NCBI GenBank assembly: GCA_958009085.1
Contig: OY253671.1
Span: forward strand, 1,178,001-1,242,000
DNA: 64,000 bases
Direction of reading: 5' to 3'
Source: Protoeuglena noctilucae
Lineage: Eukaryota
Below the pieces are notes generated by a model. It did not search any database, had not been told where the DNA came from, and was given only the letters and a program-made list of their open reading frames with translations. Position numbers and translations under genes: made by a program. Positions 11,173-21,742 of this stretch are shown piece by piece. Position 1 is the stretch's first letter. Each line of letters opens with the position of its first letter.

Positions 11173-13171
11173 CTACAGCTGCGACAGGAGCTGCTCAATG
11201 GCCAGGGACACGTTGCCGCCCGTCGCCTGCAGCGCGCGGATGTTGGCCTGCCGGTCGATGAAGCCCATGTCCTGGAGCTGCTGGAGCTGCGGGAGTGGAG
11301 GTGCACAGGTCCTCAAGAAGCGCCCCTGCCTGACGCAAGGCAAGGCCAGGCCAGGGTCCCTCATGCCGCACCCACCTGTGTGGCGTAGGCCGCCTCCGGG
11401 TCCGCGACGGGCGGCGGCGGCGCGCCCTGCATCCCCTCGGTCAGCGTACGCATCATGGCCTGAAGGGCGCCCGCGTCTGCCGCCCCCGCGCCACCCGCCC
11501 CCAGCCCGGCAGTCGCCTGCGCGTTCCCCAGCGGACCCGACCCTCCTCCCAGCGCAAACAGGCGCCGCAGCGCGTCTTGCGAGAAGCCCTGCATCGGATT
11601 CGGCGCGTTCCCGCCCGCGCCCCCGCCTGGCCGCGGACGGGACATCCCTTGCATGAGTGGCAGGAACGTGCTCATCATATCCAGGGACTGCCGGATGAAC
11701 TGGGGGTCGGCCATCAGTTGTCGCATCCCCGGCGTGGCGTCTATCAGTTGCCGGAGGGCGGGGTTTTCGGCAACGATCATGTCCATCAACGCTGGGTTCG
11801 ATACCACCGTCTGGAGCATCTGCGACACGCGAGCGAGAAAGCAGCCTCGCCCGCCTCACCCGCACCCACATCTGCACCCGCATCTGCACTTCCACCCACC
11901 TGCCGCGCGTCATGGTCCATCATCATCCCGTTCGAGAACTCCCTGAGGAAAGCATCCCGATCCGTCGTCTCTCCAGAAGCATTCCCGAGGTCTGGAAGCC
12001 CCCCGGGTGCTCCCCCACCCAGCAACGCGGCAAAGGGGTTGGACCCAAGCATACCCTGGCCCCCGGGCCCATCGCCCCCCGCTGCTTCGCCCCCCGCAGG
12101 ACCCCAGGGATTGGGAAGCGGGGCGTCGTCCGGCGCGCTACCCTGCCCTCCGCCCGCCGCAGTGGTGCCCTGGCCTCGGTCCTGCGCAGCGTGGGCGTCG
12201 CGCCGGCCCTCGGCGGGCGCCGCAAGCGGGTTCCCCTCCAACGCGTCCATCATGGGGCCCGCTGAGTCTTCGTAAAAGCGTCGGAGCGCTTCGAAGCCGC
12301 CGGGGAGGCTCTCGATGTTGCTGCAAGCAAAGGGACCCACGTCACATTGCCCGGGAGGACCTCAGCAACAGCGCACGGCCCGCAGCGCGGTCTCACGCAC
12401 TTGAGGGCCCTGTCTGCGTTACGCATGTGCTCCCGCATGAGCGCGGGGTTGGACTGCGCGCGCAAGAGGTCCCGGAGGCGGTCCGTGTCGTTGAGCGCCG
12501 CGCGGAGCTCGGGGTTGCGCTCCAGGATAGGTTGGATTGCAGGGTTGTTCATGACCATGTCGCGGAAGACCTCGGGATTGTCGAGCATCTGGCGGAAGAA
12601 CGGCGAGTCGGCCATCCAGCTGGGAATGAGGCCTGGCTGGGGCGCCTCGCGGGCAGCCTCCTGCACGTTGCCGGAAGTACCCTGACGCTCCTGCGCCGAC
12701 TTGCTCTTGACCAAGTGCAGGGTGTCATCCGCGGCGATGCCTGCGGGGAAGAGGTGCTTTGGAGCTCCGGACGAGGGTCCGCCGCGGAGTTGCACGAAGC
12801 CCCGCGGAGCCCCCCGGTCCCGCGGCCTCAGAGGCCTGCATCGCTCAGATCCAGAGAACGATGCGGCGGTAGGTCAACGCGTCGGGCGCGGGGCATCGCC
12901 CCGGCGCAAACGAGCGCTACGGGAGCGCGGTCAGCGGAGAGGCACGCCGCGCGGTCGGCGTGCGCAGCGCTCGCTCACCGTACGAGGCAAGCGTCTGGTC
13001 ATCCTTGAGAATCTTTCCCTTGAAGATGAGCCGCTGCTGGTCGCTCGGCGTGTTGGCCAGCTCCTCCGCCGCGAGCAGGCCCTTCAGCTTCGCCACCGAA
13101 TCGTCTGGGGACACCTCCACCGCCACCTTCGAGCCCGTCGCAATCTTCACGTTGATGATGACGGAAATCAT
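11173..13171 (-). CDS. DSK2: Ubiquilin/DSK2 (UBL-STI1-UBA)
   Basis: UBL ([26 protein letters not shown]), STI1 repeats ([26 protein letters not shown]) and UBA ([24 protein letters not shown]); 5 exons. Confidence 0.92.
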
Positions 13172-13778
13172 CGCTGCGCTGCTCCAACTTGGCAGGCTCG
13201 CGCCTTCCGGACCACGGTAGATCAGTCCGGGCTCCGGACCCGTCTGTGGCGAGTCGCAATGTTCACAGTACTTGCCGGCCCGCGGCGCTTTGTTGGGCCG
13301 CGCGGGGTATGACCTGGTAGAACCCCGAGGCGTCGAAACAGCGTCCCTTTTCGTCTGAGACGGTGCTGGCGTCGTAGATCCAACTGTTGAGCACCGTGAG
13401 CTTGTCATCTTCCGTCGGCGTCCCTCGAGCGCGGCAGTCGGGGGGCCATTCGAATAACGGTTTTTGGGACCGAGATCGGCTTGCTGGGACAGCTTCCGCG
13501 AGCCCTCGTACGGCGAGAGGAACATCAGGTGTCCCGAGAAGGTCCGTGCCGCCCCTGAATCGGCGCCCATGGCGTGCAAGGTTGCTCGCGGGCCTCGAAG
13601 TGTGTTGCAGCCCCGGCCCCGCCCCTCGTGGTCGTCCGGCCTTCTCGGGAGCGCGTCCGCAGCTAACGACAGCTGTCCATCCGTCCCGATCCCCGCCGGC
13701 CCGAATCACGGCGCGCCACGGGCGATAGGGCGGACCCATGCGACGGGGGCGCCCCTTGACATTGTCCCGCAGACGGCA

Positions 13779-16071
13779 ATGGCGGGAATCGCCTCGGTAT
13801 CGTCGTTCCGCCCTTGTGCGGCACTTCCGCGTCGGGAGCGGGTCGGGGCTCCGCTCCGGCTGCCGGGGCGGGCCCCTAGCCCTCGGTCAAGGCTGGCCCC
13901 GTGCTGGTTCGGCAAGGGCGGGTCGGGCGATGGGTCGAACTCGGAGAGAACCGACCCTCTTTCCCTGGATGGCCTCGAGGGGGACGTGCTCCGTTCGCGG
14001 GCCGAGCTGCTGGCGAGCGAGCTCACCAAGGTCCGGCAGGCCATGTTAAGCACGGAGCACCAGATGCGCAGCTGGACGGAGGATTTGCAGACCAAGCTCT
14101 CCTCGGAGTCCACCCGGGCGAATGACCTGGACAAGCGCCTCAAGGAGGTGCTGGCGGAGAGGGACAACGCCGTGGTCGATGCTGCCACCCACCTGTACCC
14201 CGTGTGAGTGTCCCCACCGCGCTGGCGCTCTGGCTGAGTCGATGATAGTTTCTCTTAGTATCCTCCGTTCGTCGTAGCGCAGGCTGAAGAAGGCCGTGTC
14301 GGAGGAGCTGGACGGGGAGGTGGAGAGGTCGCTGGCGGGTGAGTGGATGTGGATGCACATGCATGCAGCCAGGTGCATGGCCCTTGGTTGAGGCTGTTCG
14401 GAGAGCGCGGCCGGCGTCGCGTCGCCGCAGAGCTGCGGCAGGCCCAGACGGCCCTGAGCGAGCTGGAGGTGGCGGGGGCGGAGGCCAACCTGCAGAGTCT
14501 GCGCAAGGGCGTCCAGATGGTCGACGAGGCGGCACGGTCCGTGGAGCTGGAGGCACTGGCGTCCGTCACGGCGGCGCGGGCGGCGGGGACGCTTGCCGAC
14601 GAGTCCGCTACCCGAGCGAGGGAGGACGCGCGGCAGGCCGTGGCTAGGCACGCGGAGTGGATGAGGTGAAGGGCTGCGGTCGTCCACACGCTCGGCGTGA
14701 TACGTGGTTGGTGATGATGCAGCGACGCCCCTGCCGACCCCGCCTCGTGCCGCAGGAAGGTGGAGACCATTCTGGACCAGGCTGCCAAGGCCGAGCGTGC
14801 GGCGCTGGTCAACAAGGCCGAGTGTTACGCGCTGGGCAAGGAGGTGGAGCACCTGCGCAAGACGCTCGACGACACGTGCGAGGCGCTGCGGCAGTCCAAG
14901 ATCAGGTGCGCGGCGTGGGCGGCACGCTCGTGTAAATGAGGCCTGCGCTTGCCGTGGGCTGGCCGCGGACCCACCCGCCGCTTTGCTCCTGGCTTGGCGC
15001 AGGGAGCAGGAGATAGAGTCCAGCGCCTCGGACCGTGTCAAGGAGGCCAACCGTCGCGCGGACGATCGCATCCACGCGGCCGAGGAGGCGTTCAAGCACT
15101 TGCGCAGGCAGATGGAGGACAAGGTCCGGGGCCTGGAGCACGAGCTGGACCAGAAGCGTCGGGAGGGCGGTGAGGGCGGGGGCGCGGGGCAGGGCGGCAT
15201 GGGCGACGCCGGGCGGTGTGCGGGGCCGCGCGCGCTTGATGTGCCGCATCGTGCCGCGGCTGCAGACCGCGCCAAGAACGAGCTGACGGAGCTGCGGACC
15301 AAGCTTGCCTCCGCGGAGCAGGCGGTGTCTCAGGTGACGTGGGCCTGGGGCGGCGCACGTGCACGCTTGCCGTGCGGTGGCAGCCGGGGGTACCAAATTG
15401 GTGATCGCATCGTGAGTCTGCAGGCGGTGGCCCGCGCGGACGCGGCGTCCAGCTCCGTGGAGGAGCGGTTGAAGGAGCTGGCGGAGCAGTTCGAGCAGGC
15501 ATCCAGCGCGAGGGCGGCGGCCATGGAGGCGGACTTCCAGCGGCGGACCGGTGAGGCGCGCTTGGCAGTGTCATGCACATGGTCGTGCACATGGTCGTGC
15601 ACATGCGAGCGACGACGGCTTTGGGCTCGGTCGCCGCAAGCGAACGCGGTTCCTCGCGACCTTGCAGCCGAGGAGCGCGAGCTGATCCTTGCGGAGGCGC
15701 GGGGCGTCCTGTCGGCCGTGGAGAGCGCGCTGGAGCGCGCCTCGGACGCGCGCTCTGCGGCGCAGGACGAGGTCGGCCGGCGGGTGTCGATGGTGGAGCG
15801 GGACGCGCAGAGCTGGCGGTCCAAGTTCGAGGAGGCCAAGGCGTCGCTGCGAGAGATGAGCCAGGCGCGAGACCAGCCGCTCCGGCTGAAGGACTTCAAG
15901 GACGCGGCGTCCCTGAAGGACATGCGGTACGAGGACCTCATCCAGGGCGTGGTGAGCATTGGGCTGCGAGATGGGGAGGAAAAGGTGGTTGTGCACGCAC
16001 CGGCGGGGCCAAGCAGCTCCTCTTTGCTTCTGCAGATGGCCCGGGCAAAGAGCACCGACGCCGGAGCGTGA
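13779..16071 (+). CDS. Long coiled-coil protein with predicted plastid transit peptide, unknown function
   Basis: MAGIASVSSFRPCAALPRR... Ser/Arg/Pro-rich N-terminus; about 9 exons joined in frame by GT-AG introns; continuous E/A/R/L-rich heptad-like sequence. Confidence 0.7.
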
Positions 16072-16548
16072 GCACGAGCGCGTCTGATGCGGGGGCCACG
16101 CCTCCCTGTGTGGCGCCGCTGGTGGTCCCGCTGGCGGAGGTGGCATTGGCGGAGTTCGGGGCACCTGCTTGGGTGTTGATAGGGATGGCGGGAGGCGCGG
16201 CGATGCGGGTGGTGCTGGAGGCGCTCCATTGCCTCCCCACGCAGCCGTGGGGCGACAGCATCCGATCCGTTTAGTGTCAATTTGAAACGAGAGCCTTGAG
16301 ATTGAGCCTTTGTACGCGGGTGGGGGTTGCCCTGTGCAGGGCACTTGGCGCAACCTGTGCCTCTAGGGCCTTCATCTTTCATCTCGCGTGGCAGAATTGG
16401 AGCGAACGAAGTCATGAGCGTCACCCCACTTGCGCACAGCGGCCAGGCCATCCGTTACGAGGGAGCGATGCTCATTTGTCCCGTCCCCCACTGCTGACCG
16501 TGGTCGACCTTCCTGGGACGCTGCAAGGAACCGCTGTACACCTCTCTG

Positions 16549-19500
16549 ATGAACGAAGCGGCAGCGGGACCCCGGGGCCCACCAGCGGCGCCGGAAGCGG
16601 TGCGGAGGTGCGTGAGCGGAGTAGGGGCGCGTTCCTTGGCCCCTCCAGTCCGCCGCGAGTCCCGGCCGGCCCCGCGCTCTTCTCGCAGGGGATTCCCTGG
16701 CTGGCTTCGCACGCTCCTGTTCATCAGCCTGTTTTTCTGGCTGCTCTGGCTCCGTGGCGTCGTCTTCGAGTCGTATGTCGTGGCATGGAGAGCGCTCATC
16801 GTCGAATCGGACCTCGATCCTGGCATAAATAAAGTGAGAGGCTTACACGGCGTTGCTGCCGCCCCGGCTTCTCGGGAGCCCACGATGTGATTGGTAGCTT
16901 TGCACTCCGTGCAGTTCTATCATCCCTACCACTTCTCGATACGGACAAGCACAAGCACGGGAAGCGGAGATGCAGGCGAGGATTCATTGCAGGGGGGGGC
17001 GGACAAGCCCAACCCAGAGCTCACGTCCCGAGGCCTGCGAGCCTCGCCGTGGGAGCGCCGCCGGGACAACGCGGGTGCCAGGTTCCCTAGCTGGCTGACC
17101 GTCGCTTCGGACCTCCTTCGGGACCCCCTGGACTCCAAGGGTCTCTCGAGGGTGCGTGGCAGCATCTCTGCTCTGCCCAGCTCTGCAGACGCCGCATGTA
17201 CAGTCATAGGAAGCAAGCGTGACGCCGGGCCACTCCGCATGCCCTCGCAGCGTGCCTTTGCCGCCGTCATGCGCGAGGTGCAGACAATGCCGGGGTTCGT
17301 GCCGTCCCTCTGCTCGCCGGTCGATTGCGGGGCGGCGCAGGAATGCCCTCGCGAGCGCCTGGCGTGGACCGTGGCGCATCAGGCGTGGCTGAGCCCCACC
17401 GCCGTCATCGACCCGCCACTGCTGCTATGGTCGACGGGCGCAGGCGCAGGGCATGGGACCTCATCGACTCGCGTGCTGGACCCCTCCAGCCCCCTCACCC
17501 CCTGCTGGTGCGCCCTGGTCGTGGTGCCGGAGCGGGCAGCCCCCTCATCCACCCCGTCCACCCCGGACCGTCTCGACGTCAGCGACCAGTCGGTTGAGGC
17601 GGAGGCGGGTGCCGGGCGTCCCACGGCCGGCCGGGACGCCTTCCGGGGTAAGCGCCTGGCGGAGGGCGCCACCGCCGCCCTGCCGCCCGTGCCCCCGGCC
17701 CTGCAGGCGCGTGGTCTGGGGGACCTTGCCGCCAACATCCGCGACCCCAACACCGCGTGGGCGCACTCGGTGCCCCTTCCCGTCCGCGCCCTCGCCGCGC
17801 GCCGTGCCCCCGGCATGCTCGCAACGCTCTCCCGTGGCCTACCGTCCCTGCTGGCCGTCGCGGCCGCGTCCGGCGACAGCGTCGGGAGCCTCCTCTTCTC
17901 CTGTTTCGCCACGCATCTGACTCAGCTGGCGGTCCACGTGGTGCGCGGGGTCTTCTTTGGCTCCCTGTCGCCCTTCGAGGTCCAATCCCTCGCGGAGAGA
18001 CTCGTCCTCTACATCATCTCCCGCTTCACGCCCCTCCTCTCCTTCTTCGTGTGCCTCCCGGGCGCCACCTCCCAGGCATGGGTCGTCCTCTGGTTTGTCC
18101 AGTACCAGCTCTACTCCTTCCTCACCCTGGCCAAGATTCGCTTCGACGTGCTCCAGTCCGCGCCCAACCGGCGCCCCGGGAGGTTCCTCGCACCTGTGCT
18201 CCTGCTGGCGATCGTCGGGGGCACCTCAGCCACCGCCGCCGTGCTGGTTGGCTCCAAGGACGCCCTCGTCGCGGCGCGCGGGGCCGCGGCGCACGGGCTG
18301 CTCCGGGCCTTCTTGCATGCCGACCCGATGCTGGTGAGGCGCAGGGTCGACGCAGCTCGCGTCTCTTCCGGCTCGCCCCAATCTCACTCCTGGGCGTCGC
18401 GTCCGTGTCTGCAGGCGACCGCGACGCGCCTGGCCCTGTCGCTCCTCCTGATCGAGTCCGTGCACACGCTCGTGGTGCATCTGCACACCCTGGCCGCCAG
18501 CGGCACCCTCGCGCGGCTGCCCGCGGACGCAGCGCTCATGCTGGCAGGGTCCCTGCTACGGGTGGTGTCGGCACCCTTCGCGCTGGCGTGGGGCGCGGGG
18601 CGGCGCGTGGTGCGCGCCATCACCGGCAAGACACGGGCGCCGCGGCCCGGTGCCGGCGCCCGTGGGGCTGGGGAGGGCGAGGTGGCGGAGGAGACGGAGG
18701 ATGCCCCGGCTGATGGCGGGGCGCACGGGAGGGCGGCTGCGGGGGCAGGCTTGGGGGCAGCCCCAGAGGAACAGCCGCAGCCACAGCCGCAACCGCAGCC
18801 TCATGCGCCCAGGCAGGAGGGGTTCGGGGACTGGCACGCGCGTGGGATGTTCCTGTTCATGTGGGACGTCGGGTGCGAGTTGGCCCTGGTGCTGGTGCAG
18901 CTCCTGGAGTGCATGGTGCAGTTGTCGTGCCACTACCGATTCGCCTTCTCTGGTATCGGCTCGCTCCCCAGCTGGGTGCTCGGCGCCATTCTCATGCTGC
19001 AAGTACTGTCCCTTGTCAACGACGGCGTACGACTGCAGCGGTCGGCTGCCCAGTATCTGTCGGCCCTGCGCAACCTGACCCAGGCGAGCTGCGGGGGCCG
19101 TGCCATGGCTTGGCCGGTCACTGGCCAGCCAAACCATTGCGGTTTAACTGCGTCACCTGCCTTACCTGCCCTGTTAGCCTGCCATCTGTGCCTGCCCTGC
19201 TTGTCCCCACGTGCACCTCTCAGCCCTGGTCCACGCCCCTGTTGCACTTTCAGGCGTTTGAGGACGTGAGGGCCGAGGACCTGCACCCCGGCGAGGAGTG
19301 CGCCATCTGCAAGGACGACCTCCTCACGGCCAAGAAGCTGCCGTGCGGACACCGCTTCCACTTCTCGTGCCTGCGGCTCTGGCTGGATCAGTCGGCCACC
19401 CACCAGCAGTTCACCTGCCCCATCTGCCGCCAGCCCCTGTCCCTGCCCATGCCCGGCGGCGTGGCTCGGGGCGGAGGCGCGAACGGAGGCGCGGGCGGCG

Positions 19501-20487
19501 CCCCCGCGGCCGACCCGGACGAGGCCCACCTGCGTCAGGAGTTCCCCGCCATGTTCGCCGTCGTCGAAGCGGTCGAGGCCGTCCTGGGCGTCTGCTACGC
19601 CATGCTGCGGCTCCTGTGGTGGGTCGTGGTGCGCGTGGCCGTGGCCATCGCCCTGGGCATTCTCATCTCCGTGGGTGTCCACGTCGAGGTCGACCGGCGA
19701 GACCCGAACGGAGAGGCGCGCAACGGGCCTGCCGCCCAGGAGCGCCGGGCCCCTGCCCGTGCGCGGCAGCCCAGCACTGAGTCCAACGACGGCCCCGTGG
19801 GTGAGTGGAACTGGGTCTGAATGCTGTCCGAGGGCCAGCACTGGGATCGCCCGATGCAACACAATGCGATGCGAGTTGCATTTCCGGTGCACCGCAGACG
19901 TGGTGTCGGAGAGGGGTGGAGCGGTGCACGTGCAGTCAAGCACGGCGTTCGCGGAGGAGTCGCAGCAGGCCCCCGCGGCCCCCCGGCGGCTCTACTCGTG
20001 GCAGCGTGGCATGCGACTGTACGGCACGGCAGCGCAGGCACGGGAGCTGCTAGCAGGCACCACCCGCACACATGTGCCTAGGGATAGTAGGCCAGGGATG
20101 GGGAGTGCACAGGCGGGGCCGAGCCGCCCCAGGGCCAGCAGTACGGACAGCGAGGCATCCGTTGCCGGGGGGAGCGCCGAGACGGGGAGCCGGGGTGGGC
20201 CAGCGGGGCCAGGATTGCGGATGGCAGGAGAGGCTGGGTCATTAGGGCTCCGCGGTCCGTCGGCAGGAGCGGGCACGTGGGCGGGACCGTCACCGGCCCA
20301 GTCGGTGGCGAGCAACGTGGCTGTGTGGCGCGAGCACAGCGAACCTGGGTTGAGGAGACGGGCGATTGGGGCGCGGGGCGGGCCGGAGCTTTCCGGGGTC
20401 GTGGAGGGCCCAGAGGACGACGCGGATTCAGGGTGGACGGGCAGTGTTGTCAGTCCGATTAAGCAGGCGCGAGGGACGCGCAGTTAG
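16549..20487 (+). CDS. Multi-pass membrane RING-H2 E3 ubiquitin ligase (HRD1/RIN2-like)
   Basis: Several TM segments, then CAICKDDLLTAKKLPCGHRFHFSCLRLWLDQ...TCPICR (RING-H2), reached through GC-AG intron 19084-19253; a further hydrophobic segment and a low-complexity tail follow. Confidence 0.8.
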
Positions 20488-20523
20488 ATGCTAGGGTGGG
20501 TGCTGAAATGCTCGTCGCGGCAC

Positions 20524-21248
20524 TTAGCCCTTCAAAATGGTGGCGATGAATTCGTGGAAGTCGACCTCTCCGTCGGGCTTGATGTTCGCCTCCTCCATCA
20601 TCTCTTTGATCTCCGCCTGCGGGCGGCCTCAGCGCGCTACCCTTTCTTTCAAGCCCGGGGCCTTGGCATGCACCGTGCCCTCAGCAGAGCCGCTGTCTTC
20701 TCACCTCCGACAACTTCTCCCCGTAGTTCATCAAGATGTTCTTCAGCTCGTCCGCGGCCATGAAGTGGGACGCCTCGGGCCCCGCAAACACGCGGAAAGC
20801 CTCCCTGCGAGCGAGGAGGGAGGCGCAGCTCATGCAGACGCCGCCGGGGCCGCGCGCCCCCGCGTGCAGCACGGACAAAGTCTCACCGCAAGCTCTCCTC
20901 CGTCGGATGGGTGCCCGCTCGCATCTGCTTCGCCATGAGCGTCAAAAACTCGTTGACGTCCACCTGCCCGCCCTCCTGTTCCAGCGAGGCCACCATGTCC
21001 TGCCCAGTAACGGCCGCTGCTTCTAATAAACACGACCGCATCTGCCGCAGCTTGCGCGGGGTCGCTGCGCGATGCCTGCGCGGCCGTCGCGGCACCTTGA
21101 TTTGGGCCTCGGTCGGATACATCTCCAGCGACCGCATCACCACGCCCAGCTCGTCGGTCCTGATCCTCCCGTCGCCATCCCTGTCAAAGAGGTTGAACGC
21201 CTCCTTGAACTCCGCGACCTGAGCGTCCGTGAGCTCGTCGCTCGACAT
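20524..21248 (-). CDS. Calmodulin-like EF-hand protein
   Basis: [41 protein letters not shown]...EAFRVF...[37 protein letters not shown]; 4 exons. Confidence 0.85.
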
Positions 21249-21742
21249 CGTGGCGAACCCTCACCCCCCTGCGTCCCGCGAAGGGCTGAGCGGGATCCAG
21301 CGCTCTGAACGTGCTGCAACAGTCATGAGGAGCCTATGGGCGATGCCCCACCTGTGCAGAGCAGCCCCGTCCTCGTACGCAACGGCGGACCTGTGAGCGC
21401 TCTTCTGCCGACGTGTGCGCCTCGTAAAGCCTACCGCGCCTCGCTTGCCAGCTCCGCGACGCTCTCTGGGTGACACCAGGGAATGCCAGCGAGGCTGACG
21501 CGCCTTTTCCACTCCGGGAGCTGGTCAGACGGGGAGGGTAGGTCCCCAGTTTGCACGCCACTCGCGATATACACGCTCCGGCTCCGCGCAGAGACCAAAT
21601 TACCCATCGCAGGCGGCGCCCGCTCTAGTTTCGCTGCGGGGTCGAGGCTGGGAACCAATTCCCGACAGTTTTGCGGAAAAGGTGCAGGCGTGGCCGCCCA
21701 GTTGCGCATCCCTGCGCCGCGTGAAGCGCCTGATTGCGTTCC

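Noticed and set aside
15574..15606. Short tandem repeats in introns (tgcacatggtcg x2.6; also cgcgccgagacgt x2 near 28297)
   Set aside because: They are simple slippage duplications without spacers, so not CRISPR-like.
8712..20487. Functional cluster of ER/proteostasis genes (EMC7, ubiquilin, ERAD ligase)
   Set aside because: They are interspersed with unrelated genes, and chance adjacency in a compact genome is sufficient.
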